Of a DNA stretch of 64,000 nt, positions 54,759 to 64,000 are shown one piece after another (within the stretch, counting starts at the first letter, position 1; every line of letters starts with the position of its first letter). The stretch comes from an uncultured Gemmatimonadota bacterium (lineage in GTDB: Bacteria; Gemmatimonadota; Gemmatimonadetes; Palauibacterales; Palauibacteraceae): NCBI GenBank assembly GCA_964627425.1, contig CAZVIY010000008.1:2586-66585 (forward strand), given 5' to 3'. The translations under genes and the position numbers were made by a program. The notes under the pieces were generated by a model. The model ran no database searches. It was not told the DNA's origin and saw nothing but the letters and a program-made list of their open reading frames with translations.

Positions 54759-57700
54759 GGTCCCGTTGGGTGGGTGGTCGTTGCGTTCGCGCGGTCCCGC
54801 CGCTCCAGGGCGATGCGGGCCCGATGGTCGTCGATGTCCAGCTCGGCCACGTGGGCCAGCTCCAGCGGCCGGTCCACCACGAGCTCCGTGGCCAGGGTCT
54901 CCCCCGCCACGTACCCCCGGTGGGCCTCCACGGCCCGCCGCAGGGCCTCGTCTCCCGTCACCGCCAGGCGGATCCGGTCGTCCACCTCGAGGCCGGCGTC
55001 GCGGCGGAGGCGCTGGATGCGGCTCACCACCTCCCGGGCCAGCCCCTCGGCCCGGAGCTCCGCGTCCAGGCCCCGGTCCAGGGCGGCCAGGTAGCCGCCC
55101 TCGCTCTCCACCGCCACGTCGTCCCGTCCCTCCTCGAGAACGGTCACTTCGTCGGGGCGGACCTCCACCGGCTCGCCCTCCACACGGACCTCCACCGGCT
55201 CGCCCTCCCGGAGGCGGCGGGCCGCCTCGTCGTCCAGCGCCTCCACCGCCGCCGCCACCGCCGGGGTGCGGTCCCGGAATCGGGGACCCAGCTCCCCGTA
55301 GTCGGGGCGTGCCGAGAGGGACACGATCTCGTCGGCCCGGTCGGGGAAGGCCACCTCCTTCACGTTCAGCTCCTCGGCCAGCACCCGGCAGGTCTCCTCG
55401 GAGAGCCGGCGCCCCGCCGGCAGCACGGCCCGCACGCGCCGCAGCGGCTGCCGGACCTTCAGGCCGGCGGCCTCCCGGGCCGCCCGACCGAGCTGGGCCA
55501 GCTTCCGGACGTCCTCCATCTCCCGCTCCAGCTCCGGGTCCCTCCGATCCCCGGGTACGGGGAAGTCGCGGAGGTGCACCGACGTTCCGTCGCCCAGCTC
55601 CCGGTGGATCCAGTCCGGGAGGAAGGGGGCTAAGGGCGCCAGGAGCCGGCTCGTGGCCTCCAGCGCCTCGTGGAGCGTGGCGAAGGCCTCGGGCGTGGCC
55701 AGCTCCCCGGACGCCGGGCCCGTGGCCCAGAACCGGTCCCGGGTCCGACGAACGTACCAGTTCGAGAGGTCGTCCACCACGAACGAGGAGATCCGGCGGG
55801 CCGCACGGGTGACGTCGTAGCCGTCCAGGTCCTCCCGGACGGCCTCCACCACCCCGTCCAGCCGCGCCAGGAGCCAGCGGTCCATGACCGGGCGCTCGGC
55901 GGGGGGGCGGGCCCGCTCGCCGTCCGGGCCCTCGCCGTCGCCGCCCGGCGTCCATCCCTCCAGGTTCGCGTACATGGCGAAGAAGCGGTACGTGTTCCGG
56001 AGGGTGTCCAGCAGCTTCCGGTTCACCTCGCCGATGGCGTCGGCGTCCCACCGCTTCGGGATCCACGGGTTCGACGAGGAGACCAGATAGAAGCGGATGG
56101 CGTCGGCCCCGTGGCGCTCGATGGACTCCCAGGGATCCACCGTGTTCCCCCGGGACTTGGACATCTTCCGGCCCTCGGCGTCCAGCACCAGGTCGTTCAC
56201 CACCACCGACCGGTAGGCCGACCGGTCGAAGAGGATCACCGACAGCGCCAGCAGCGAGTAGAACCAACCCCGGGTCTGGTCCACGCCCTCGGCGATGACG
56301 TCGGCCGGGAAGTGCTCCCGGAACCGGTCCTCGTTCTCGAAGGGGTAGTGCCACTGGGCGAACGGCATGGAGCCCGAGTCGAACCAGGCGTCCAGGACCT
56401 CCGGCGTCCGGCGCATGGTGCCGCCGCAGCCCTCCTCCCTGCACGGCCACTCCACCTCGTCGATGAGGGGGCGGTGGGGGTCGAAGTCCTCCGGCAGCCC
56501 GCCGGCGCGCTCGGCCAGGGCCTCGTAGGAACCCAGCACCTCCCGGTGCTCCTCGTCGGCCGTGCACTCCCACACCGGGAGCGGGGTGCCCCAGAAGCGG
56601 TCCCGGGACAGCGCCCAGTCCACGTTGTTCTCCAGCCACTCGCCCATGCGGCCGCTGCCCACCTCCGGCGGGTGCCAGTCCACCGAGGCGTTCTCCTCCA
56701 GCAGCCGGTCCTTCAGCGCGGTGGTCTCCACGTACCAGGAGTCCCGGGCCAGGTAGATGAGGGGCGTCTCGCAGCGCCAGCAGTGGGGATAGGTGTGGCG
56801 GGCGGTGCGGACGTCGAAGAGCAGCCCCTCCTCCCGGAGGATCTCCACGATCCGGGGGTCGGCCTCCTTCACCCGGAGGCCGCCCACCTCGTCCACCTCG
56901 GAGGCGAACCGGCCGTCGTCGTCCACCGGTCGGACCACCGGCAGGTCGCGCTCGCGGCCCAGCTCGTGGTCCTCCGCCCCGAAGGCGGGGGCGATGTGGA
57001 CGAGCCCCGTCCCCTCCTCGTCGCTCACGAAGTCGGCGGCGTACAGCCGGCCCGTGGTCTCGTCGTAGCCGGGGTAGAGCCGGAGGGGCCGCCGGTAGGT
57101 CAGGCCCTCGAGCTCCTCCGTCGGGACGGTGCGGATCAGGCGGGCGTCGGATCCCTCCAGGTCGAACAGCTCCTCGGCCCGGCCGCGGCTCAGCACCATC
57201 CGCGCGGGCCCGGCGCCGGGCTCCGCCGCCGGGGGGACCGCCTCCACCTCCACGTACTCCAGCTCGGGGCTGAAGGCCACGGCCACGTTGGAGACCAGGG
57301 TCCACGGCGTGGTCGTCCAGACGAGCAGGTGGCGGTCCCCGCGGCCCGCGACCCGGGCGTCCGCATCGCCGGCGGCGCCCTCCTCCTCCACCACGGGAAA
57401 CAGCGTGTACAGGGAGGGGTCCTCCCGCTCGGCGTAGCCCTGGGCCACCTCGTGGCTGGAGAGGCCCGTCCCGCAGCGGGGGCAGTAGGGGACCACCTTG
57501 TGGCCCCTGTAGAGGAGCCCCTCCTCGTGGATCCGGCGCACCGCCCACCAGACGCTCTCCACGTACTCCGGCGAGCAGGTGATGTACGGGTCGTCGTAGT
57601 CCAGCCAGTAGCCGATGCGCTCGGAGAGCCGCTCCCAGTCCTGGGTGTAGGTGAAGAGGTTCTCCCGGCAGACCTCGTTGAACCGGCCCACCCCGAGCTC

Positions 57701-58024
57701 CTCGATCTCCGGCTTGCCCGAGATCCCCAGCTGCTTCTCGGCCTCGATCTCCACGGGCAGGCCGTGGGTGTCCCAGCCGGCGATCCGGGTCACGTGGCGG
57801 CCCTTCATGGTCCAGTAGCGGGCCACCAGGTCCTTGAGCGTCCGGGCCAGGATGTGGTGGACGCCGGGACGGCCGTTGGCGGTGGGCGGACCCTCGTAGA
57901 ACACGAACTCGGGCTCCCCGGACCGGGCCTCCAGGGTGCGGCGGAAGGTGTCCTCCTCCCGCCACCGGCCCAGCACCTCGGCCTCCAGCTCCTCGACCCC
58001 GTCGGGCAGCTCGCGGTAGGGCAT
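54755..58024 (-). CDS. ileS: Isoleucine--tRNA ligase
   Basis: In frame within ORF 54755-58573, starting at MPYRELPDG. PTANGRPGVHH (HIGH-type motif), KMSKSRGN, and WTTTPWTL in the editing region. 1089 aa. Confidence 0.95.
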   Translation of the reverse strand: MPYRELPDGVEELEAEVLGRWREEDTFRRTLEARSGEPEFVFYEGPPTANGRPGVHHILARTLKDLVARYWTMKGRHVTRIAGWDTHGLPVEIEAEKQLGISGKPEIEELGVGRFNEVCRENLFTYTQDWERLSERIGYWLDYDDPYITCSPEYVESVWWAVRRIHEEGLLYRGHKVVPYCPRCGTGLSSHEVAQGYAEREDPSLYTLFPVVEEEGAAGDADARVAGRGDRHLLVWTTTPWTLVSNVAVAFSPELEYVEVEAVPPAAEPGAGPARMVLSRGRAEELFDLEGSDARLIRTVPTEELEGLTYRRPLRLYPGYDETTGRLYAADFVSDEEGTGLVHIAPAFGAEDHELGRERDLPVVRPVDDDGRFASEVDEVGGLRVKEADPRIVEILREEGLLFDVRTARHTYPHCWRCETPLIYLARDSWYVETTALKDRLLEENASVDWHPPEVGSGRMGEWLENNVDWALSRDRFWGTPLPVWECTADEEHREVLGSYEALAERAGGLPEDFDPHRPLIDEVEWPCREEGCGGTMRRTPEVLDAWFDSGSMPFAQWHYPFENEDRFREHFPADVIAEGVDQTRGWFYSLLALSVILFDRSAYRSVVVNDLVLDAEGRKMSKSRGNTVDPWESIERHGADAIRFYLVSSSNPWIPKRWDADAIGEVNRKLLDTLRNTYRFFAMYANLEGWTPGGDGEGPDGERARPPAERPVMDRWLLARLDGVVEAVREDLDGYDVTRAARRISSFVVDDLSNWYVRRTRDRFWATGPASGELATPEAFATLHEALEATSRLLAPLAPFLPDWIHRELGDGTSVHLRDFPVPGDRRDPELEREMEDVRKLAQLGRAAREAAGLKVRQPLRRVRAVLPAGRRLSEETCRVLAEELNVKEVAFPDRADEIVSLSARPDYGELGPRFRDRTPAVAAAVEALDDEAARRLREGEPVEVRVEGEPVEVRPDEVTVLEEGRDDVAVESEGGYLAALDRGLDAELRAEGLAREVVSRIQRLRRDAGLEVDDRIRLAVTGDEALRRAVEAHRGYVAGETLATELVVDRPLELAHVAELDIDDHRARIALERRDRANATTTHPTGP

Positions 58025-58029
58025 GCCCT

Positions 58030-58944
58030 CTACCCGTCCTCTCCCGTCTGGCCGACGCCCGCCGGGGCGGGGCCCGTGGCGGTCCGATCCCCCTCCTCCT
58101 CCAGGCCGGCCACCAGCGACCGGACCAGGCGGCGGAGGCCGGGGCCGGCGGCGGCGGCGTGGCCCATGATCTCGTCGATGTCCACCGGCTCCAGGGCGTC
58201 GGGCAGGGCCATGTCGGTGATCACCGCCAGGCCCGCCACCCGCATCCCGCAGTGGTTGGCCACGATCACCTCGGGCACGGTGGACATCCCCACCACGTCG
58301 GCCCCCATGCGGCGCAGCATCCGGTATTCCGCCGCCGTCTCCAGGTTGGGCCCGGTGACCCCGACGTAGACGCCCTCCCGGAGCACCTGGCCCTTCTCCA
58401 CCGCCAGCGACCGGAGGCGCCGCCGGAGCCCGGCGTCGTAGGCGTCGGACATGTCGGGGAAGCGCGGGCCCTGCTCGCCGACGTTCTCCCCCACCAGGGG
58501 GTTGTCGCCCATGAGGTTGATGTGATCGGAGATGAGCACCAGGTCGCCGGCCTCCCACCGGGGGTTCATGCATCCGCAGGCCCCCGAGGTCACCAGCACC
58601 TCGGCCCCCAGCGCCCGGCCGGTCCGTACCGGGAGCGTCACGTCCTTCAGGGAGTGGCCCTCGTAGCGGTGAAAGCGGCCGGACATGGCGGCCACCGGCA
58701 CGCCCTCCAGCCGGCCCAGGAGCAGCCGTCCCTCCTGGAGCTCCATGGTGGGCTCGGGGAAGCCCGGGATCTCCGCGCAGGGGAGCTCGGCCTGGACCTC
58801 CACGTCCTCGGCCAGGGCGTCCAGGCCGGTGCCCAGGATCAGGAGGGCGCGGGGGCTCCCGTCCCAGCGCTCCCGGACGGCGGCGGCCGCCCGCTCCACC
58901 CGCTCCATCTCTCCGCTCACGGTCCCGTCTCCCTCGCCGGTCAT
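58030..58944 (-). CDS. Purine nucleoside phosphorylase (PNP/MTAP family I)
   Basis: In frame within ORF 58030-59628, from MTGEGDG. GRFHRYEG, GVTGPNLETAAE and VGMSTVPEV motifs. Confidence 0.85.
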   Translation of the reverse strand: MTGEGDGTVSGEMERVERAAAAVRERWDGSPRALLILGTGLDALAEDVEVQAELPCAEIPGFPEPTMELQEGRLLLGRLEGVPVAAMSGRFHRYEGHSLKDVTLPVRTGRALGAEVLVTSGACGCMNPRWEAGDLVLISDHINLMGDNPLVGENVGEQGPRFPDMSDAYDAGLRRRLRSLAVEKGQVLREGVYVGVTGPNLETAAEYRMLRRMGADVVGMSTVPEVIVANHCGMRVAGLAVITDMALPDALEPVDIDEIMGHAAAAGPGLRRLVRSLVAGLEEEGDRTATGPAPAGVGQTGEDG

Positions 58945-59654
58945 GGTCTCGGTCCCAGAAGGGCGGTCCCCAGCCGGAGGCGGGTGCTCCCCTCCTCCAC
59001 CGCCAGCTCGTAGTCGTTGCTCATCCCCATGGAGAGCACCTCTCCGCTGAATCCGTCGTGCTCGTCCCGACAGCGGTCCCGGAGCTCCCGGAGGCGCCGG
59101 AACGTGGACCGGATGGCCCCCTCGTCGTCGGTGAGGGGGGCCATGGTCATGAGTCCGTCCACCCGGAGCCGGGGAAGCTCCAGGATCCGGCCCACCGCCT
59201 CCACGGTCTCCCCGGGGGCAAAGCCGTGCTTCGCCTCCTCGCCGGAGCAGTTCACCTGCACCAGCACGGGGAGCGTCGCCCGATCCGCCTCCCCGGCCTC
59301 CCGCTGGAGCTTCCGGGCCAGGCGGAGGGAGTCCACCGACTCCACCACGTCGAACAGGTGGACCGCCCGCAGGGCCTTGTTCCGCTGGAGGTGGCCCACC
59401 ATGTGCCACCGGAGCCGCCCCTCCTCCAGCCCCCGGCGGCGCAGGCGCTGCCGCTTCTCCTCGGCCTCGCCCACGCGGTTCTCGCCCACGGCCCCGAAGC
59501 CGGCGGCCAGGGCCGCCTCCACGGCCCCGGGGGGATGACCCTTGGTCACCGGGAGGACCTCGATCTCCCCGGGATCCCGCCCGGCCCGCTCGGCGGCCCG
59601 GGCCACGGACCCGCGGATCTCCTCCCATCGCTGCTGGACGTTCATCTCCTCCAT
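58941..59654 (-). CDS. yggS: YggS family pyridoxal-phosphate homeostasis protein
   Basis: VLPVTKGH (PLP Lys), GENRVGE, WHMVGHLQRNK, LSMGMSNDYE. ATGA overlap with the downstream PNP start. Confidence 0.85.
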   Translation of the reverse strand: MEEMNVQQRWEEIRGSVARAAERAGRDPGEIEVLPVTKGHPPGAVEAALAAGFGAVGENRVGEAEEKRQRLRRRGLEEGRLRWHMVGHLQRNKALRAVHLFDVVESVDSLRLARKLQREAGEADRATLPVLVQVNCSGEEAKHGFAPGETVEAVGRILELPRLRVDGLMTMAPLTDDEGAIRSTFRRLRELRDRCRDEHDGFSGEVLSMGMSNDYELAVEEGSTRLRLGTALLGPRP

Positions 59655-59781
59655 GGCGAACCGTGAGGGTGACCGTACGGGTGACAAAAAAGGAGCCCCC
59701 TGGCCGGGGGCTCCCTCGGGCTCCACGTCGCTCACGGCGCGCGCCCCGGAGCCGCGGCCCCGGGCGACGCCGGGACCGCCG

Positions 59782-60462
59782 CTACTGGACCTCGAACGTG
59801 ATGGGCTGCTGGACCCAGACCGCCGTGGTCTTGTCCCGGTTCTGAGCCGGCGTGAACTCCATCTGCGCAGCCACCTTCCGGGCCGCCTCGTCCAGGGCGG
59901 CGTAGCCGCTCCCCTCCTGGACCCGGGCCTGGGTGACCTCGCCCTGCTCGCTGACGAACACCCACAGGACCACGCGCCCGCCGATCCCCTGGTTCTTCAG
60001 GTTGCGGGGATAGAAGCGTTCCAGCGCCTGCTGGACCTGCCCGGGGTTCTGGAGCTTCGGCGGCACGTCGTAGGGAATGAACGACGGCCGGTCCGAGGCG
60101 TCCCCGCCCTTCGGGGGCGGCGGCAGGTTCTCCACCGGGTTCGACTCGAAGGTGGTGGGGGCGATGGTCACGTCCTCGCTGATGTCCGCCGCCGAGACCT
60201 TCGGGGTGGCCGGCCGCGCGATCTGCTGGGGCGGCGGCGGGATCTCCACCTGCGGCGGGAGCTCCACCGACTCCAGCTCGCTGGCCGCGCTGCCCATGTC
60301 CTCGGCCCGCAGCTGCGGGAAGAAGTTGAACAGGCAGAAGTGGACCACCACGGCGGCGATGAGGCCGCCCGCGAACCAGCTCGCGTAGCTGTCCTTGAAG
60401 CGGTCGTTGGCGGTCTCCTGCACCGCCGTGTTCGGATCGTTGTACGGATTCTCCGGGGTCAT
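59782..60462 (-). CDS. tonB: Energy transducer TonB
   Basis: N-terminal TM anchor, Pro-rich spacer (PPQVEIPPPPQQ), C-terminal TonB_C (GRVVLWVFVSEQGEVTQARVQEGSGYAALDEAA). Confidence 0.85.
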   Translation of the reverse strand: MTPENPYNDPNTAVQETANDRFKDSYASWFAGGLIAAVVVHFCLFNFFPQLRAEDMGSAASELESVELPPQVEIPPPPQQIARPATPKVSAADISEDVTIAPTTFESNPVENLPPPPKGGDASDRPSFIPYDVPPKLQNPGQVQQALERFYPRNLKNQGIGGRVVLWVFVSEQGEVTQARVQEGSGYAALDEAARKVAAQMEFTPAQNRDKTTAVWVQQPITFEVQ

Positions 60463-60475
60463 GGTCGTCCCCCCT

Positions 60476-60922
60476 CTACCGTCTGGGTTGCTGCACCCGC
60501 TGCTCCAGCCGGGTGGCGAAGGTCACGCGGACCGCCCCTGCCGCCTGGAGCTCCTTGGTGATGGCGTTGATGCGCTGGTAGGGGAGCTCACGGTCGGCCC
60601 GGACGGCCACCACGAGCTCGCGGTTGTCCGCGTAGATCGGTCGGACCACGTCCGCCACGTCGTCCACCGGGATCAGCTTGTCGTTGATCCAGATGTCGCC
60701 GTTCTGCTCCACCCACACGTGGAGGATGTCCTTGCGCTTGGCGTCGATCTTCTCCGTGGCCTCGGCCTCCGACCAGTCGATGTCCCGCGGCTTCTCCTTC
60801 CGGAACACCGTGGTGACCATGAAGAAGATCAGGAGCAGGAAGGCGATGTCGGCGAGCGAGGACGTGGGGATCTCGCTCTCCGAACCGGAACTCCGCTCGA
60901 AGCCTGAATCTCTCGCGGACAT
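60476..60922 (-). CDS. exbD: ExbD/TolR family biopolymer transport protein
   Basis: SSLADIAFLLLIFFMVTT TM helix plus a periplasmic domain typical of ExbD. Confidence 0.85.
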   Translation of the reverse strand: MSARDSGFERSSGSESEIPTSSLADIAFLLLIFFMVTTVFRKEKPRDIDWSEAEATEKIDAKRKDILHVWVEQNGDIWINDKLIPVDDVADVVRPIYADNRELVVAVRADRELPYQRINAITKELQAAGAVRVTFATRLEQRVQQPRR

Positions 60923-60923
60923 C

Positions 60924-61346
60924 CTATTCTCCCAGCATCTGCAGCGAGATCCTCTCGGCTCCCGCCTGCTTCACCTCGTCCAGCACCGCGATCATACGCC
61001 GATAGGCCGCTCCGGGATCCGTCTTCACGGCGGCGATGAGCTCGGGATTGGCCGCGAGCTCCTGCCGGAGGATCCCCTCCACCTGCCGCGGGGCCACGAC
61101 CTGCTCCTCCTCGCTCTCGCCCCGCCGGACCACCACCTGGCCGTTGGGCTGGACGATGAAGAAGATGATGTTCTGGGCCGAGATCTCCTGCTCCTCCTGG
61201 GCCTCGGGCAGCACGATGGGCAGGCCCTTCTCCTCGTTGAACACGGTGGTGGTGAGGAAGAAGATCAGCAGCAGGAAGGCGATGTCCGCCAGCGAGGCGG
61301 TGGGGATGTCGTCGTCGACGGTCGAGCTTCGCTCGATGATCGGCAT
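60924..61346 (-). CDS. exbD: ExbD/TolR family biopolymer transport protein
   Basis: ASLADIAFLLLIFFLTTT. Second ExbD paralog. Confidence 0.85.
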   Translation of the reverse strand: MPIIERSSTVDDDIPTASLADIAFLLLIFFLTTTVFNEEKGLPIVLPEAQEEQEISAQNIIFFIVQPNGQVVVRRGESEEEQVVAPRQVEGILRQELAANPELIAAVKTDPGAAYRRMIAVLDEVKQAGAERISLQMLGE

Positions 61347-61362
61347 GGTCTCGTGATCCTCT

Positions 61363-62052
61363 CTAGTTCGAGGGCGTGCCGGAGGTCGGCGCGGAGGTCG
61401 GCGCGGATCCGCCGCCGTGCTCCAGCTCGTAGACCAGGTCGAGCACCGCCTGGGTCCCCTCCTCCATCTCCTGGATCAGCATGTCCACCCGGGTGACGAA
61501 GAAGTTGTACGCCAGGCTCACCGGGATGGCGATGGCGAGCCCGCTGGCCGTGGTGATGAGGGCCACCTTGATCCCGCCGGCCACCAGGGACGGCTCCACC
61601 TGGCCGGCGGCCTCGATGGCGGCGAAGGCGGCGATCATCCCGATGACGGTCCCGAGGAAGCCCAGCATGGGCGCCACGTTGGCGATGGTCGCCAGCACCG
61701 GCAGGCCACGCTCCAGGAAGTCCAGCTCCAGCTTGCCCGTGGTGCTGATGGCCTTCTCCAGGTCCTGGCCCGTGTGCTCCTCCCGGAGGCGCAGGAGGCC
61801 GGACAGGAGGATGGCCGCCACGGGTCCGGGGGTGGTCTCGGCCACCTGGATCGCTTCCTCCAGGTTCCCCCGGCGGCTCAGCTCCTCGACCTCCTCCAGG
61901 AGGCCGGAGCTCTCCCTGTGGGCCACCCAGAGGGTCCACGCCTTGGCGAGGATGACCCCCAGGGCCAGCAGGGAACACAGGACGAGGGGATACATCATGA
62001 ACCCTCCGTCCTTGAAGAGCGTCAGGAGCTCGTAGTTCAGCTGACTCTGCAC
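61363..62052 (-). CDS. exbB: MotA/TolQ/ExbB proton channel protein
   Basis: Three TM helices. LATIANVAPMLGFLGTVIGMI signature. Confidence 0.85.
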   Translation of the reverse strand: MQSQLNYELLTLFKDGGFMMYPLVLCSLLALGVILAKAWTLWVAHRESSGLLEEVEELSRRGNLEEAIQVAETTPGPVAAILLSGLLRLREEHTGQDLEKAISTTGKLELDFLERGLPVLATIANVAPMLGFLGTVIGMIAAFAAIEAAGQVEPSLVAGGIKVALITTASGLAIAIPVSLAYNFFVTRVDMLIQEMEEGTQAVLDLVYELEHGGGSAPTSAPTSGTPSN

Positions 62053-62271
62053 CGCGCCTCCCGATTCAGTCGTGGCTCGTCGAGGACCGGGCTATTCTAT
62101 TCCCGCGCACCGTGGGCGTCAACGAACGACCGCCCCCCGGCACTCGCCGCGCTCCCGGAACCGCCCCGCCTCGCATGGCCGCCTCACGCTGCTGTCATAC
62201 ACGCCCGTACGCGCTCGGCTCCACCGGCGGCGGTCCGGCGTCGAGGCGCCGCCAGTTCCATGCCGCCGGGC

Positions 62272-63129
62272 TCACCCTCCGCCGTCGGCCGCCGGGGCCG
62301 GCGCGGGACCCGGCTCGCCCGGCGATCCGCCGCCCTCCGGCACGCCCGCGCCGCCGCCGAAGATCGCCTCCTTCTCGGCGGCCAGGATGGACCGCAGCTG
62401 CTCCGGCTCCACGTCCCGCTTCAGGTGGCCCCGGTGGGCCACCGAGATCTGGCTCGTCTCCTCGCTGATCACCACCACCACGGCGTCGGTCTCCTCGGAC
62501 AGCCCCAGGGCCGCCCGGTGCCGGGTCCCCAGGCTCTTGTCCTTCACCGGGAACTGGGTGAGGGGGAGGATGCAGCCCGCCGCGGCGATCCTGTCGCCCT
62601 GGACGATCACCGCCCCGTCGTGGAGGGGCGAATACGGGGTGAAGATGGTGGTGAGGAGCTCGGGGGAGACGTCGGCGCCCACCGAGGTGCCGGACTCCAC
62701 GTACTCGCCGAGCCCCACCTCCCGCTCCACCGCCACGATGCCGCCGATCTTGGCCCGGGAGAGGCGCTCGGCCGCCGTGGCGATGACGGCGGCCACCTCG
62801 CTCTCCTCCATCTCGGCGAACAGGCGCCAGAAGCGGCTGCGGCCGAGCTGGGCCAGGGCGTTCCGGAGCTCCGGCTGGAGCACCACGATGAGGGCGAAGG
62901 CGCCGTAGGTGAAGATCTGGGACAGGATGTAGGTGATGAGCCGGAGCTGGAGCACCCGGGCCAGGGCGTATCCCGCCACCAACAGGACCAGCCCGAAGAG
63001 GATCTGGAACGCCCGGGTCCCGGTCCACAGCAGGAGGATCCGGTAGATGAGGTAGGAGACCAGGAGGATCTCCAGGACGTCCTTCCATCCCGGGGCGAGA
63101 AAGCTCAGATAGTCGAGGATCGCCTGCAT
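62272..63129 (-). CDS. cdaA: Diadenylate cyclase CdaA (c-di-AMP synthase)
   Basis: Three N-terminal TM helices. DisA_N motifs HDGAVIV and LGTRHRAALG. Confidence 0.9.
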   Translation of the reverse strand: MQAILDYLSFLAPGWKDVLEILLVSYLIYRILLLWTGTRAFQILFGLVLLVAGYALARVLQLRLITYILSQIFTYGAFALIVVLQPELRNALAQLGRSRFWRLFAEMEESEVAAVIATAAERLSRAKIGGIVAVEREVGLGEYVESGTSVGADVSPELLTTIFTPYSPLHDGAVIVQGDRIAAAGCILPLTQFPVKDKSLGTRHRAALGLSEETDAVVVVISEETSQISVAHRGHLKRDVEPEQLRSILAAEKEAIFGGGAGVPEGGGSPGEPGPAPAPAADGGG

Positions 63130-63144
63130 GGAGCTCCGCTGGCC

Positions 63145-63999
63145 TCAGTCGCTCGCTCGAATGGCCGCCGCCAGGTCCAGGGCCCGGCGGACCGGCTCCA
63201 CGTCGTGGACCCGAAAGATTCGTGCGCCACGCTCGTAGGCCATGACGCAGGCCGCCACCGTGCCCTCCACCCGCTCCTCCACCGGCACGCCCAGGGTCCG
63301 CCCGATGAACGACTTCCTCGACGGCCCCACCAGCACGGGTCGGCCCAGGGCGGACAGCTCCCCCAGCCGGGCGATGAGCTCCCGGCTCCCGGCGGCCGAC
63401 TTGCCGAACCCGATCCCCGGATCCACGGCCAGGGACTCGCGCCCGCACCCGGCGTCCAGGGCGATCCGGACCGACCCCTCCAGGGCCCGGCGGACCTCGC
63501 CCATGACGTCGTCGTAGTCGGTGTCGTCCTGCATGGTGGCGGGGGTGCCCCGCATGTGCATGAGGACGAGCCCGACGCCGGTCCGGGCGGCCACCCCGGG
63601 CATCTCCCCGTCGTGGCGGAGGCCCGAGACGTCGTTCACGACCGCCGCCCCGGCCTCCACGGCCCGGCGGGCCACCTCGGCCTTCCGGGTGTCCACCGAG
63701 ACGGGCACGGGGAGGTCCGCCAGCGCCTCCAGCACCGGCGCCAGCCGCTCCCACTCCTCGTCGGCCGGGACCCGCCGGGCTCCGGGGCGGGTGGACTCGG
63801 CCCCCACGTCCACCAGGTCCGCCCCCCGCTCCACCATGACCCGGGCCCGCTCCGCCGCCCGCCCGGGGTCCAGGTGCCGTCCGCCGTCGGAGAAGGAGTC
63901 GGGGGTCACGTTCAGGATCCCCATGATGCGCGGACGATCCAGGGAGAGGGATCCACCGCGGATCCGCCACTCGGTGGCGGCCGGAGCGTCGCGGTCCAC
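63145..63999 (-). CDS. folP: Dihydropteroate synthase
   Basis: IMGILNVTPDSFSDGG, DVGAESTRPG and DPGIGFGK motifs. The ORF start lies 1 nt from the window end, so the true start could be the internal MGILNV or lie upstream. Confidence 0.9.
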   Translation of the reverse strand: MDRDAPAATEWRIRGGSLSLDRPRIMGILNVTPDSFSDGGRHLDPGRAAERARVMVERGADLVDVGAESTRPGARRVPADEEWERLAPVLEALADLPVPVSVDTRKAEVARRAVEAGAAVVNDVSGLRHDGEMPGVAARTGVGLVLMHMRGTPATMQDDTDYDDVMGEVRRALEGSVRIALDAGCGRESLAVDPGIGFGKSAAGSRELIARLGELSALGRPVLVGPSRKSFIGRTLGVPVEERVEGTVAACVMAYERGARIFRVHDVEPVRRALDLAAAIRASD

Positions 64000-64000
64000 G

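Noticed and set aside
52819-58944. A chain of overlapping start/stop codons (ATGA and longer overlaps) linking PNP, ileS, the dksA-like gene, lspA, rluD and the metallopeptidase gene.
   Set aside because: ileS-lspA linkage and 4-nt coupling overlaps are ordinary operon features in compact GC-rich genomes.
1-64000. Search by eye for CRISPR arrays, rRNA genes, IS elements with terminal inverted repeats, and transposase, integrase, reverse-transcriptase, nuclease or ATPase genes of known defence systems.
   Set aside because: I found no regularly spaced short repeats, no rRNA-like sequence, and no ORF with recognisable transposase, integrase, RT or large NTPase motifs. The only repeats supported are the 45-bp tRNA repeat, the 264-bp paralog block and the short AACGTTAACA motifs.

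Overview
This is a 64-kb chromosomal segment with very high GC content: hand counts on host rows give about 70-75% G+C. The organism is unidentified. The gene content (TPR/TolB-like regulators, Tat-dependent Gfo/Idh/MocA enzymes, BNR and RCC1 lipoproteins) is loosely Gemmatimonadota/Acidobacteria-like, but that is only a guess. I can support about 58 protein-coding genes and one tRNA.

The backbone, from left to right:
- A partial SARP-TPR regulator, divergent from two tandem Big_2+RCC1 lipoprotein paralogs.
- A putative signalling operon: MFS-HEAT-cNMP protein, receiver, histidine kinase, secreted kinase-like protein, PPP-type phosphatase.
- BNR and S9 peptidase genes, a methyltransferase, thyA-folA, and a beta-lactamase-fold hydrolase.
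- Two multi-PAS GGDEF-EAL proteins, ggt, and a DUF2207-like membrane protein.
- An 8-kb sugar-oxidation cluster: DUF1080, MFS, two Gfo/Idh/MocA, GMC plus small Tat subunit, and a TIM-barrel isomerase/epimerase-like gene.
- A housekeeping run: dodecin, rluD, lspA, dksA-like, ileS, PNP, yggS, tonB-exbD-exbD-exbB, cdaA, folP.

The standout is an island of about 8 kb (42196-50236) with clearly lower GC. It sits next to tRNA-Val(TAC) and is bounded by a perfect 45-bp direct repeat of the tRNA 3' half. I could find no integrase in it, and all its proteins are small and uncharacterised. They include:
- a two-gene cassette whose first product has a HEPN-like RNx5H motif;
- three proteins sharing a C-terminal wHTH-like module;
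- several membrane proteins;
- a triple-CxxC zinc ribbon;
- a CCCH/coiled-coil protein.

I consider this island the best candidate for an undescribed system, possibly defence or abortive infection. All functional calls come from motif recognition by eye; no database search was run. Many long ORFs in the supplied track are off-frame or antisense artefacts of the high GC content and were discarded.
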